Part shown: positions 26,191 through 39,469 of the stretch, one piece after another
Numbering within the stretch: position 1 is the stretch's first letter
Layout of the letters: every line of letters starts with the position of its first letter
Origin: Hydrolagus affinis
Lineage: Eukaryota
Direction: 5' to 3'
Assembly: GCA_012026655.1 (NCBI GenBank)
Contig: JAAILG010000066.1
Location: forward strand, 62,001-126,000
DNA: 64,000 nucleotides
Program-made: the position numbers and the translations under genes
The notes under the pieces: model-generated
Databases searched by the model: none
What the model was told of the DNA's origin: nothing
The model's input: the letters and a program-made list of their open reading frames with translations, nothing else

Positions 26191-27473
26191 GTTTCTGACT
26201 CTCTGTTTCTCTCTATTTTTTCACCTGTTTGTTCTATGATTTTCTTCTGCTCTCCTCTCTCTTTCCAGCTCAGTTGCTGGTAATCAATAGGCTCATTCAA
26301 CAGAGATCATGACATGTTGCTTCTGCTGTGGTGATATAACTCGCTGCTGCAGCTCTCACCAGTGCTGGAATGCTTTATAAAGATTTAGAATTTTACTCTC
26401 ATTATCAAAAATGACTGTAACCCAGCAGGATCAATACCAAACTTTGATTTTTGCATTATCTTCACCATGATCAGTTTGTTTCCCCCCCACTTAATGCACA
26501 TGTTTGAAACTATCACAGACACAGTGATACACAGACAATTTAACAGGAAGAGCTCCCACAAGCTTTGCTGAACCTCAACTTCACTTAACAGCTAACTTTT
26601 CGAATGTGCTTTTGGTCACCTTTCTCCCTCGCCTCATTCTCTTCATCATACTCTTCATCTCCCTCTTCCCCTGGCTCACACTGCTGGTTAGCAGTGTGAA
26701 CCTTTTGATATGTCCTCCTGACATGAAAGGAACTGTAAACACAAAAATCTGTTTGTCTTACTGTTGAACAGATCTGGGTTACTTCTAAACTGTGGTTTGA
26801 AGAAACTAACTGAGAAAGTCCAACAATGTTTGCAACTCTTAAGTTAAATCAAAAATATGCATTATGAGTGTTATTTTAACAAATTTAATGCATTATTTCT
26901 GCAAGTGGGGGGGAAAGAAACCTTTCTTTCTGCTTCAGTTAAACCAGCAAGAAATGTTACCTTGCATTTTGGAAGCAATAGCATAGAAACTTCTCAAAGG
27001 GAACATCTCCAGTTTACCAATATCTTTCCTTTACCAATCAATCTTTATGAAAATAATTGTTCAAGGAACGAATGGATAGTTAACTGAATATTCCCCTTAA
27101 GCAGACATCTGTGTGATCAAGGTGCTCATTAACTTGCATCTATTCATTTTTGAGTTGACAGAATATCATGTGTAAGGCATTTCCTTGTACTAACATGAGT
27201 GCTCCATTTAGCACAAATAGGATAACATTTAAAAATGACCAGCCAGTAATTTTACATACCAATGTAATAGCTGTGCAGAATGAGAGCTCTTACTCAAATG
27301 GTCATTCTTCGATTGCCTTTGGAAAATAGATAGAATACAGAAGTGAAAAGGGGAGCACCTTTGTTCTAAAGTTACATATTTTCTATAATTGTTAGATCTC
27401 CGTTATGAGTACTAATTCATAGGTCTAGAGAGTACATAGATAACACTGGTAACATAGATTAACCAGTGCTCTA

Positions 27474-27785
27474 ATCCTGTAGCTCAGTGGTTAGAGCATT
27501 CGCCTCACAAGCATGAGAACTGGGTTCGATTCCCGGCAAGGTGAAACCTTGGGCAAATTTTCTTACTCCACATGTCTAATAGTAATTCCCCCAAGGAAAA
27601 AAAACATAATAAATTGGTCACTTCAATTCACAAATGTTTGTGGAACACTGCTGTGTGCAATTGGCTGCTGTGTTTCACCCACAAATATAGTCAATTCACT
27701 GCGTTATATGTGTATTCTGTGAAGTTCTTTGAGAGATCTAGAAAATGTGAAAAGAGCTACATCAAATGCAAGGATTATCATTGTT
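27474..27785 (+). mobile_element. SINE family A, full length
   Basis: TCCTGTAGCTCAGTGGTTAGAGCATTCGCC...GGGTTCGATTCCC (A and B boxes), body and tail. Confidence 0.9.
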
Positions 27786-27917
27786 AGATAAAGAGAGTAT
27801 GTAGATAGCACTGGTTACAATTCCTTATCAATTTGCCACTGAAAGGTGCATGGGAAAGATACACTTTTTATCGCCTGTCCCTTTGCTCGGTATCCGCTCG
27901 GAACGTATTTCTGATGA

Positions 27918-28045
27918 CAGCTGTGTTTCGCCCATAAATATAGAAACGTCAATTCACTTTACAGTATACTCTGTGAAGCACTTTTAGATGTCTAGAAGAC
28001 GTGAAAAGCACTATATCCAATGAAAGGATTATTATTGTTATTATA
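27918..28045 (+). mobile_element. SINE family A 3' fragment
   Basis: GTCAATTCACTTTACAGTATACTCTGTGAAGCAC...GGATTATTATT. Confidence 0.8.
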
Positions 28046-28969
28046 TTAGTACATTATTATGGATAGTATTGCGAAGTTTGGAACTGTGGGGAAGCAGCTA
28101 CTTCCTGTCACTTCATAGAATAATGTGTTGGAGCTGCACTGTATTGTGCCACTCTCTGGCTCTTCTCTTTAAAAATAGAAACTAAAATGTGTGTCGAGCT
28201 GTTGCCCATTCCTGTTTTTCTGTGCTGCTTTCCAAAGTGTTACACTCTTATCATCATCTCTCAATATGAATCCAGCTGGCAGTTGAACCTTTCCTGTTAT
28301 GGGAATATTGTAGAGAGCTAGACAGAGGGGACTGATTTGCTTCTCTCCCAGATGTTCTTTCCCTCTCCCACCTTGCACTTATAATGCTGCTGTTTGGGCT
28401 GATGTCAAGTTAGCAAAAGTTAGAAAAAAATCCAATCCAAAATATTTCCGAGGCTGATTGATTGCTGATTGATTGCATTTTCAGTCTTTTCTGTTTGTAT
28501 TTCAGATCTCTAACAGTCGCTGTTTTTCTTTTTATCTCAAACACAATGTTGTCTTTAGCATTTGGAAGTGATCTCCAACAGTAAACACCTTTTGAGCCAA
28601 ATGATGAAAGAGAAAACATATTTGTTTTCTCAAATTTGGATTTACAAAGGTTTTGCTATCGTACTTTGCTGATTTCACTTTCATATATTTTCTTCCCAGT
28701 TTTATAAATTTGTTTTCATTTACCATTTCAAAATGAAAGCAACAGCAGTGGTACAACTTTTTGCAGAAGTGCATTGATGGTGATGAAAATTTTTATTTAT
28801 ATGATTATTATTAATGTGAAATTTTTTTTTAACTTCATGAATTGGAATAACTATATAAAACATTCAAGTGTTTTTTTTCGTGGTGTTTATTGACAGCGAA
28901 GATAACACAAATACCTTACCTGTCATGATGCATTGTAATATATATCTAATCTACAAATAACTTATCAGA

Positions 28970-29194
28970 NNNNNNNNNNNNNNNNNNNNNNNNNNNNNNN
29001 NNNNNNNNNNNNNNNNNNNNNNNNNNNNNNNNNNNNNNNNNNNNNNNNNNNNNNNNNNNNNNNNNNNNNNNNNNNNNNNNNNNNNNNNNNNNNNNNNNNN
29101 NNNNNNNNNNNNNNNNNNNNNNNNNNNNNNNNNNNNNNNNNNNNNNNNNNNNNNNNNNNNNNNNNNNNNNNNNNNNNNNNNNNNNNNNNNNNNN
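28970..29194. other. N block (225 bp), probably a masked conserved element
   Basis: N run with unique AT-rich flanks. Confidence 0.5.
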
Positions 29195-29489
29195 CCCCCA
29201 TCCCCCCATGCATTTTTTCTTATTTCAGCGATAGTTTGCGTCCCTTTCTTAGGAAGAATGGAGTGATACAACACATCCATCTTCAAATGCCACCAATGCG
29301 CCTTCTATTACTGGCAAAATTGCATTGATGTGATGAATGCAGGAAAGGACTCCTGTCTTTCCATTATTCAAAACCTGGGCAATACTGGGGAAAAAGCACC
29401 CTGTGGGAGTTCAGTGGTCAGCATTGCAACCAATGGACTGGATTAATGTAAACGTTTTGTATCCAGAAGCATGTCATTCTGAGCACATG

Positions 29490-29580
29490 TAAGTACAGAT
29501 GGGCCAAATGCTGTAATTGGCATTTGGCCAAAGTACGATGGGCCAAATGCCCTTCTTCTGTGCTGTAAATTATGATATGC
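29490..29580 (+). mobile_element. CR1 LINE 3' tail remnant with local duplication
   Basis: GATGGGCCAAATGCCCTTCTTCTGTGCTGTAAATTATGAT resembles the CR1 3' terminus; GATGGGCCAAATGC occurs twice. Confidence 0.55.
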
Positions 29581-31029
29581 CCGTTACTGCCTTTTTTTTT
29601 GCTGTCTTGATTTCTGTTTCCAAATCAAACCCTGGACCATTCGATTTTATGTTATTTTGTATTGATTTCAGCACCAGGAGAAAACAAAACACAACAAAAG
29701 AAGGCATGAAAGCTAACCGCTGGCTGGGCTCTATCTCTCTGGGCATCAAAAGAATGCTATGCATGCTTTTGAAAGCTATATAAAAGCAGAAAAGGCTGGA
29801 AATCCACAACAGGTCTCTGAAAGAGAATCACTGTTAATGTTTTGTTTCACAGTATTAGTACTCAGCAAAGCACAAGAATTAAATAACTTTTTATTTTACT
29901 TTTCGGGGGAAACCTGTGCTTCGCAAAGTGATTTCTTGATTTTAAGAGGGTGGGATTGCAGATGTTTTTCCTCGTTTTATTCGGTTAAAAAGAACAAGTT
30001 TGCTTGATGGCCAGTTGGTAAAATGTAATTTTGCTAAAATACCAAAAGGACCTTCAATCGCTGGAAAGTACTGAGTTACCTGTTATCAGCCAATGCAGAG
30101 ATAATACTTGTGTGTGTGTGTGTAATTCACCTCAATTAATTGGGAATACAAACCAAGGCACTTTCTTCCCTTTTCCCTCAACCCTTCCCACATCATTTCA
30201 AAGCACGTAGGTTGGGGAAAGATGTAGATTTCCTTTGGTCAAATAGCCTGTCAATATTTGTTGTCTAGGCTCATGCATAGCTATTGGGTCCGTTGGGTGA
30301 GAACTCAGATAGACATGTAGTGTCCATGGAACTGTGCAACGATTGAAGTTCCTTTTGGTATCACTTGGCAAATTGACATGTTACCTACTTGAGCATTGAG
30401 TATTTTTTGTTAACCGAATAAAGGGGTAAACGTCAGCAACAGGGTGGTTGCTGGATACATGTTTGTTTGTAGTCGTAATGCCACATAATCCACAACTAAA
30501 CTTCCCTGCATCAGTTGGGTCTTGTGAGAAGAAACCCAAAACAATGCATCCAAAATCTAACTCTATTCAGCTTATTAATTAAACTGCTCCGTGCAAACTG
30601 GCAGTGTCAAATAAAACAATGTTGGAACTAAACTGGTGTGCTTCAAAAAGGAACAAGGGATTATGGCCCAAGGCATACTTATGGTGATACACAACTACAT
30701 CAGAAACTCCAATTATAAGCACTTCAGCACTGAACAAATATTTTTCTAATGTTCTATAAACAGACTATAAATGATTGTTGACCAGATCAATGCTTCTTTC
30801 CATTATATTAGCTTCCATTTTGAGCAGTCGTTTAATTAATTTTTCCCATAATTTCAGCCCTTGAAAATAGACAGGCAATCGTGCATGTCAGTAAATACTA
30901 AATAATAATGTTTTCAAGGGAATATTGCAATGAACTTAGAAATGTTGGTCGGTGCATGTGCAAAAGTTCTTTGGCTATTGTAAGAGGTACAATTTATACA
31001 AATGTATAATAAGTGGGGAGGCATGTTTT

Positions 31030-31169
31030 NNNNNNNNNNNNNNNNNNNNNNNNNNNNNNNNNNNNNNNNNNNNNNNNNNNNNNNNNNNNNNNNNNNNNNN
31101 NNNNNNNNNNNNNNNNNNNNNNNNNNNNNNNNNNNNNNNNNNNNNNNNNNNNNNNNNNNNNNNNNNNNN
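31030..31169. other. N block (140 bp), probably a masked conserved element
   Basis: N run with unique flanks. Confidence 0.5.
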
Positions 31170-32589
31170 CATTATACCCTTAGTAACAACACAATTTTGC
31201 AAGTAAATATTGTAACACTAAGTAACCTTCGAATTCAAGTTGTTTAGGAAGGGGAAAATGCAATCTTGTGCATATCGTGTCACTGTCAGTTTTGTAGACA
31301 GCCTGAAAGCTCAAAGATTAATTATACTGATAGTGACTTTCAAACGTAAAATATAGTAGTTATCTTTAAAGATATGTGGTAAAGTATATAGCATTATACA
31401 TATGATTCTCACGTCATTATTGGTGATAACTACATCTGTAATTTGGGGAAGGGTGTTGTATTTGATGTTAAACATAGATTCATAATATCCATTGGTCTGT
31501 GTATTGTGCATATAGGCTAAAGGTTACGCAAACGTAACCTTTGATCCCAGAAAGTAGTTTTTTTCTTGGCAGAGTCATACAAGCACATTTGTGGCCATGA
31601 AATTAATCTTGATAAACTTCCATAAGCTTTTCAGTTTTCTAGCATTTGTGGAACTGTCACCTTTTGTTGGATACACTGATGATAGGAAAATATTAAACAT
31701 TTTTATTCTTGTGATTTCATCGTTTCTTCTTGTGTTTCTCAGTGACAAATAGTGAACTGAGCTTGAACTGTCGAATTATTGGTGGAGAATCCAGAGGTGT
31801 TTCAATAAACCTGTTAAGAAATGTTGGCAGAGCAGTTACAAGGTGCTGGTTAAAACAAAAGTGAAATGTGCTTGTTAATGAGACTCTATGTACACATATC
31901 AAATCCTTTCACCTGCACATAAAAAAAATTCAATGTTTAAGGGCTTTTTCCATTCCCAGGAAAGACAAAAAAAAACTATGTAATACCGTTTAATAATTAC
32001 ATATCCAACTATTATTACACTCAGCAAAGTTTCTACTTTATAAACGTCATTTACACTATAGGCTGATTTGTTCTTGTTCAATGTGTGTGTGTTCACAATT
32101 TTAAATGCTACTTAATGACATTTCAAAGCATGGTTTAGTTGGCGGGAACTACGTGGGTTTGAATTTAAGCAAATGAGATTAATCCAATAGCTGGTTCTTA
32201 AGAACTTCTCTATTCAGTGTTTAACAAAGTGTGGGGATGGCACAGGTTAATTTATTCAGTAAATGGATTCAATAAAGTAAACCAAACTAAATCATATTGT
32301 GTTGCTAATTTAGACCCAGGTGACCAAGTGAGAAAGATTGTAAGCTATAATGGCCAGCAATTTGTAGGTTCAATTCCCAATTAATACCAGGTCAAGAATA
32401 TTGGCTTCTTAGGCATAGTAGCACTGTAGAGAAACCGAAACCTAGGCAGGAGTCACAAGCTTCAGGGAACAAGGAAGAGAAAAAGCCGAAACAAACTGGC
32501 CACAAATGAAAATTAGCGCAGATGAGGTTTATTTTGTTGTTCCTGTGTCTGCTTTTGTCTTTTACATGATGGAAAATATGCAAGGTTCT

Positions 32590-32715
32590 TCTTTCTTACC
32601 CTCCATCCTCCCTGTCCCCAGCTCGGGTCTGAAACAATGACTGTCCAGCACCTTGTGACGTCCTCCTGACGTGAAAGGCACAATACAAGTGTAATTTTCT
32701 TGTTGTTGTTGTTCT
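32590..32715 (+). mobile_element. L2 3' tail fragment
   Basis: CCCCAGCTCGGGTCTGAAA...CAGCACCTTGTGACGTCC...GTGAAAGGCAC...(TTG)n. Similar short tails lie near 1918-1965, 18560-18610, 38540-38592, 50040-50100, 50838-50930 and 60705-60745. Confidence 0.7.
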
Positions 32716-35329
32716 TTAAATAAGAGAATGAGAAGTTTAGTCTGCAAAATGTAAGAAGAGTGATCTTGTCTCATTAATTGGAGGTGATTTTTTACACTCA
32801 GCTAGACTGTACTCTCAATTGAATTGCTCATGTGAAGTTATCCCCTGACTTGAAGAAATGTTGCGCCTGAATATATTTGAAACAAAAGCATCAGAATTAC
32901 CTTCCCACCTGTAGTAGAAGAAGTTGATAGGAGTATAAGATGGATTTTGGTAAGTTGAGGAAAATGAGGCTGCAGAATATGACTTCATCTTAGATTGATC
33001 CCCAAATTATGTTTTTTAAAGTTAAAAAGCTATGTTTTTAAAAAATGATGAAAGTTACGAGTTGATAAAACCTGTAGGAGCTGGAAGTGACTGAGCCTGT
33101 GTGGTGTTGTCAGTCACACTTCTATAAAGTCACCACTGTTGTTCAATCGTTGAAAAAAACTAAACAGACCATTTGTGTGCCCTGATTGGAAACACACGTA
33201 TCCATGTTTGAATGCGCTCTTCAAATTCTATGTGAGGAATTGCCCTGTGGGTGGTATTGGTGCAGGCTGGTTTTCCAGTGGATCTGCCCACTATCACATT
33301 TGCGGGTAGTTAAAGCCTCTGCCGCCATATATTTATCTTGTCAAGGTGGAGACAATTGCCATCTGCTCCTGATTTTCATGTTTTGAAATTGACATTATGA
33401 TAAGGACCATAAAATACAGCTCTTCTTATCACTGTACCACCCATTCGTTTTATTTTAATTTTAATTTCAGTCTGGAGCTGAGCAGTAATAAATGGTGTGT
33501 GTGTAAATCTGTGTGTGTGACTAAAACTCTCTTTATTTTAATTTTAATTTGTACCTCTCTGCTGGGTGAGATGACTTTTACCTCTCCTGTTCACTGGTGG
33601 TATGACACCTTTCGGGTGTTAATGAACCTGAATATTCACGAAACTCAAGCTCAAATATTTTCACAGGTTCTTTACAACCAACACAGAATTAGTGAGCAGG
33701 AGGACTGGTTATCGAAGTCATACACCCCTTGAAATTTTCATTCATTATTATTTATATACAGTTTGATTTATGGACTGCACTCTAAAGACAAATTGTGCAA
33801 CAGCTTTCGTTTGTTCTGCTCATGACATCTTCCCAGCCAAGAGTGGAATTTCCGTTGTCTATCACAATAGCTGTTATATTGTTGAAGTCTCACTCAGATG
33901 TTTCGGGTTTGAACACAGATTTTGACTGTGAATTAAAATCTGGCTTTGTGAACAAGTCTGACTAGTTTGGAGCTGAAGCAGTATATATAGCCCCTCTCAT
34001 CGGCAGAATAATCCCTTTTTAGGGCAGCAGAAGAATGGGAAATCTATTCCTCTCCATCAAAGTTTGAGCTTTGGGAACACAAAGCACCATTAGGTGTTGT
34101 AGTATGTGGCCCAGGATGCCTCACCCTCTTGTTTGAACCAGGATGGCATTCGAGAAAGGTTGCATCTTTTTCACAATTACTTTCCTGATTTATAATGTAA
34201 TTTTAACGTTTGTTAAGGGAGCTCTTTGCTGTTTGAGAGTGTTGCTTTCAGCCTCCCTCATGTGTGATATAACAGTACGGTGGTAGTCAAGCACTTCTTA
34301 TGTTTTGAAGGAATTGAGAGAATACTCAAACAGCAGAGAATTCCCTTCCCACAAATATTACAACAGTTGCATGGATCACTTGAAGTGAGCTCCTTGCACA
34401 GTTCATCAACTTAAAACTCTTAAGAATCACTTCTACACTGCCACCTCATTTTTTTTAATGGTTGTGGGTGACGTTTAAAGATGCGACAAAGCAACTGAAT
34501 ATTTAGCCAATGTTGCTGGTTACCTACGTCCTTTGCTATGGGCTCAAATTTGGGTGCCAGTCTTTATTGCTTTGATGGAAAGTTCACTCCTGAGTTTTAC
34601 ACATTGTTGTAAAATGCCATTGTGTTATGGTTGGGTCGTGAAGTTCTTTTTTTGTTCATTGTTTGTATTCTACACTTGTAGAACCCTCGGCTGAAAACCA
34701 TCCTTCTTTGTTCCTCTGAATCCTTTAACAAAAATTGCTTGTAAAACGTACAACTAATGTGAAGAGTCATTAGTGTTGTGCTTTGAAAAAAAAGTGCTTG
34801 CTTTATTCCTTGCAAGAACCATCAATATGGTGGTCACATTTTCCATTCCTATTATCTTCTTGGTTAATGTTCAATAAGAAGTGCTACCTGGACTGTTTGT
34901 TCATAAACACATCTGCTTCAGCGGTTATTTACTGTAGCTATCGCGGCTGTCAGCGTTTGTGTAACTGCATGCATATTTGTTTTGTTTGTATCCTGTATAT
35001 TCTCATCCACACCTGGCAAAGGTGGAAATAAAGCTGCTGTTTTGTTTCATATATACCCACCCTTTTTGTTGGATAATTTTTTTGGGGGGGGAATCTGTTC
35101 CATTTTACAAGCAAGAGTTTTGGAGGGAATTTGTCTACAGCTTTCTTGCAAAATTGTAGTAGCTGTTGCTGCAAATTGTATTGTCTGATTGTTTTTTTGT
35201 TAAGCTAATACTGAACACCAGAGCACATATCAGGTGTGTGCATTGTGTGTAAAGCTGGTTTGGTTTGTCAGTAGTGGAACAACAGATTTCGCTGATATGT
35301 TTGAACATGACAGCAGTGTACTCTTTCTT

Positions 35330-35473
35330 AAGTGGAGCTTGTTGTTGTATGTGTAGTGCCTGGTGATAACTATGTTTAAGTGTAGCGTATTGTTTTATGT
35401 GTAGTGCTATGTGATAACTGTGTTTAATTGGAGCTTATTTTTGTAAGTGTGGTGCGATGTGACAAATGTGTTT
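35330..35473 (+). repeat. Degenerate tandem repeat, 3 x 48 bp
   Basis: Units start at 35330, 35378 and 35426: AAGTGGAGCTT...ATGTGTAGTGC...GTGATAACT.TGTTT. Confidence 0.85.
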
Positions 35474-35623
35474 AAAACCTTGAGGAGAAAACAAATTGCT
35501 TCAAGATTCAGTAGTGTGTGGATGCACAATTTTGAAGTAGTGGTTTGTAAGGTCATTATGATTCTTTATTTACTGTAAGGATTTAAACTGATCTTGGCAA
35601 GACATCTCATTGCTGTCCTGAAT

Positions 35624-35875
35624 NNNNNNNNNNNNNNNNNNNNNNNNNNNNNNNNNNNNNNNNNNNNNNNNNNNNNNNNNNNNNNNNNNNNNNNNNNNNN
35701 NNNNNNNNNNNNNNNNNNNNNNNNNNNNNNNNNNNNNNNNNNNNNNNNNNNNNNNNNNNNNNNNNNNNNNNNNNNNNNNNNNNNNNNNNNNNNNNNNNNN
35801 NNNNNNNNNNNNNNNNNNNNNNNNNNNNNNNNNNNNNNNNNNNNNNNNNNNNNNNNNNNNNNNNNNNNNNNNNNN
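35624..35875. other. N block (252 bp), probably a masked conserved element ~0.7 kb upstream of the coding exon
   Basis: N run with unique flanks. Confidence 0.5.
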
Positions 35876-36612
35876 CCTCGGAAGGACAGTATTAAATGTT
35901 TTAAATGTCACAAAAATAAATGAATATCAGCCTTTAGATTTTAAACTAGTAGTTTTTGCTGCAGGGACTTTTTTTTCTTTAAATGCCTTTGAGGCAAATT
36001 TTTATTTAGTCACCCAAGAAAAGGGAAGCCCATTGCACTATTTAACACAGGCTTGATACCGCATGATTTGTAACTCTGTTACAAAATTTTAATTTAGTAT
36101 GATTAGCTGTGCATCATTAAACAACAGTCTTTCATAAGGAATGCTGTAAAAATCTGACAGAATCAAGATACTGAATGTTTTAAATAATCCACTGTCATTC
36201 ATGGTTGTTGCAGCCAGATAATAATGTGTGAATAAAAATAGTGCTTGAATTTTGTGCTTTGATTTTAACGTCTATTTAGATGGAAAGAGAGAAAGCATAA
36301 TAGTTACTGTACAATTCTATTTTTGTCATTTAATGTACCTCAGCCTAATGCATCTGGAAAGCCTTTTTTTAAAAAAAAAGCAGAGATATTGTATTGTACC
36401 AATGATTTGAGATTTTTTTTAAGGGGAGGGATAAAAAGGCAGCAAGGCATTATTCAATACAATTATTTGTTGGAAGATTGTACCATGCTTTTCCCTTTTC
36501 TGCTGAGGCTGCCTCTGTAATTGGCAGAATGGGACCATCTTGATAATGGAAGTGTAAAGGTGTAACGAGAGTGTTAATTGACGCTTCTTAATTCACTTTT
36601 AGGTATTANNNN

Positions 36613-36780
36613 NNNNNNNNNNNNNNNNNNNNNNNNNNNNNNNNNNNNNNNNNNNNNNNNNNNNNNNNNNNNNNNNNNNNNNNNNNNNNNNNNNNNNNNN
36701 NNNNNNNNNNNNNNNNNNNNNNNNNNNNNNNNNNNNNNNNNNNNNNNNNNNNNNNNNNNNNNNNNNNNNNNNNNNNNNNN
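36613..36780 (+). CDS. foxp2: FOXP2 first coding exon (N-terminal part), mostly hidden by N block 36609-36803; coordinates inferred
   Basis: Visible acceptor TTCTTAATTCACTTTTAG|GTATTA (exon starts 36603) matches the start of the human coding exon GTATTAAGTC-ATGATGCAG. The 195-nt N block is the right size for a ~178-nt exon plus donor. The ATG and donor positions are extrapolated from the recalled human exon length and are not visible. Confidence 0.7.
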
Positions 36781-39469
36781 NNNNNNNNNNNNNNNNNNNN
36801 NNNNTTTCTTTTCTATACAAACCTAGTTTTTAGCACAATCATTAGTGATATTTAGTGCAAAAGGTTACCTCCTTTCTCCTCCCTCCAACCCGTAGGGACT
36901 ATAAAATATTACGAATGCTTCTAATGATTTTCTTTAGAAAATTTCACAAAGTGATAATAGTCCACTGGTATTGTGCTTGAATGTGGTGTGTTTTTTTTCT
37001 GGACCTATGTGCTTTTCATTATTTATAAATTCAAGCTCTTTCCTTAAGTTAATCTAAAATAAAATCAATCAGCTTCATATTTTTACATGAAGTCTTCGTT
37101 TTTTTTTCTTTTGGTAATTAGGATGTAATATGTTATTTTCCACAAGAGGGCCACGTTATTTGATTTTCTCTCACCTGCTTGCTACTAAAACTGCATGTGT
37201 TTGTTAGGCAATCAGTATCAAGCACGCGAGTGGAGACGAAGACATAGGAATCAAAATTCTTGCTCCACAACAGTTACAAAAACAAACCCTCGCTTCAGCT
37301 GGTTTTTGTAAACTTGGTTCAGTTATCATACAAAGTAAACAAATCCAGATTTTGAAATATTTAAGTCTTAAGCTATTTGTACATGCGGTAGTGCCATTAA
37401 ATTTTTATTACCCTACTGGCCCTACTCATTAAATTCTTTTAAAAGTGTAATTTAAAAGCTGGCGCAACAAAGTATTGCAATGAAATATATTTGAAGTTTT
37501 TTTTTCTTTTTGGAACATTTAATTGCATTTCAAGTAAGTATAATGAAATAACTACATATTATGCATATTGAAAAGATAAAGCAGCAACAAAATATTGGTA
37601 CGTGATCTGTTTTGATGCACAGTAATTTATGAAGTGTTGCCTTTTCTCTCTTAAGAAATAATGATGTTTTTTTGGCACCAGGTAAGTGTATGTGAAGCAT
37701 ATTTGACTGAACAGTTGAAGGTTCATAAGAATCCAGCACTATATCCTTTCAATTCAGATTTTGTGTCCCTACATTATAATATCCCACCATATTAGCATTT
37801 CTGCTTTTGTACATTGCATGTTTCAAACTAATTCCACATTGCTATTTTTGTTCATTATGTTTGTAATTAAAATCCTCATGCAAAGATTGTTTTTGAAAAG
37901 TTGCCGTTGGTTCCTAACAAGTTTTGGTCCATTACAACTTGCAAATGTACTTGTGAACTAGTAATAGGCCAGAAACAAGCCCAGACTGATAGAAAAGTTT
38001 CTGGAGCTTTTATTTTTTTAAATATAATCATCCTTCTCTGTAGTGATTACATGTTATTGTTTGAAAGATCATAATTATAGTTTGAATGTCTCATTGCACA
38101 CCGCCTAATATGAACATTTTACTGGTGAGTTTTACACCAGCCAAGTTGATTAACTTGTTAGTTTGTTTCTCGTAGGCATCAAATATTTTAAACATGATTA
38201 AAAGTTTATTACTGACTGTCATTCCTGATATAGTTACTATGGATTCTTATTCTAGCCATAGCATTTGTTTTCCAAAAGTGAATTTGTTTGAAGAATACTT
38301 GTTAATCAGATATTTTTTGTAAATACAGTCAGTGGGGTAAAAACTTTGTGGGAAGACATGATCGAGTTTTTAACATTCATGAAGGGGGGTTCTTAGAGAT
38401 AGATCTGGGGAAGATATTTGCATTGAATGAATAGAAGAGAGCTGGAAGCTCAATTTAAAAGCAAAGAAAACCATGAAAAATGTAACTTGAAGAACGACAA
38501 ACTCATATCTGGAGGAGTCGGGTCATTTAAAATCTCTGATTTAACAACAACAACAAAATTACATTTACTTAGCACCTTTCATGTTGGGAGAACAAACAAA
38601 GAGCGAGAAAGATTCTGGGAAGTCTCCAAAGTTGAAAGTCTTCTATGCATACTCCAAATGTAAGCTTCACACAGAAGTTGGCACACGCTTGATGGGCTTC
38701 AGTCTTCTAATATTCCTCTGCTGTTATAAACCATGTGGATTTGGGGAAAACTCACCGTCTAGCTTATAAACCATATAAAGTCTTTATTGTCCTGAGCTTC
38801 ACATCTTTGCACATACTTACATAATCACAATCACAGCTACGAATTAGTTGATTTTTAAGCCAAACTAGGAACGATTCCCATTTGGTTATAATCCAGAAGA
38901 ATGGAAGGGAAAAGCATATATCCTTACGAAAGATTAGTACTCCTGAAAAAGACAGGGAAAAAAAGTGCATTCATGTCATTCGAAGGTAATTTGGCACGTG
39001 ATATGAAGGTATTAACCTTAATATCTTAGAGAAAACTGTCAGTAAGTAATGGGAAAAATCCCTTTTTTCAAGGAAAACAAAGACACCTTCAGTTAATGCA
39101 TTTTTCTTGTTATCATCTCTTAAGTGTTTTAAAATGCCTCTTTGTCAGCGGATCTATGTAGAGACTTTCTTACATAGAAGGTTGGGGAAATTCACAACTC
39201 TAATGTGATGCAAGTTGTTCTAATGGGTTGACGCCTGGGCTTCTTATGGTAAAACAGTGGTCATGGAGTCATTGTGAACCAAAGTATTTATGTTCATGTG
39301 AATAGTGATCATGGACAACCTTGAAATTGTAAAAAAAAATCCAGCTTTGACACTTTGGTTAAAAAAATGAAAAACAAATAAAGCATCTTCTTTTTAATGA
39401 ACTTCCAATGGTATCAACACCTGTTCATTCAACACTGAATGAATGAGCAATCAACACTTGGCAAGATCA

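Larger units (their letters stand above)
8697..36602 (+). other. foxp2: FOXP2 intron between leader exon and first coding exon (GT...AG)
   Basis: Donor AAG|GTAGGT at 8697 and polypyrimidine/AG acceptor at 36601-36602; joining them recreates ...AG|GTATTA as in the human mRNA junction. Confidence 0.8.

Noticed and set aside
27474-27545. tRNA-like sequences at SINE heads (also ~54120-54191, 45690-45735)
   Set aside because: They continue into SINE bodies and lack a complete acceptor stem, so they are not tRNA genes.
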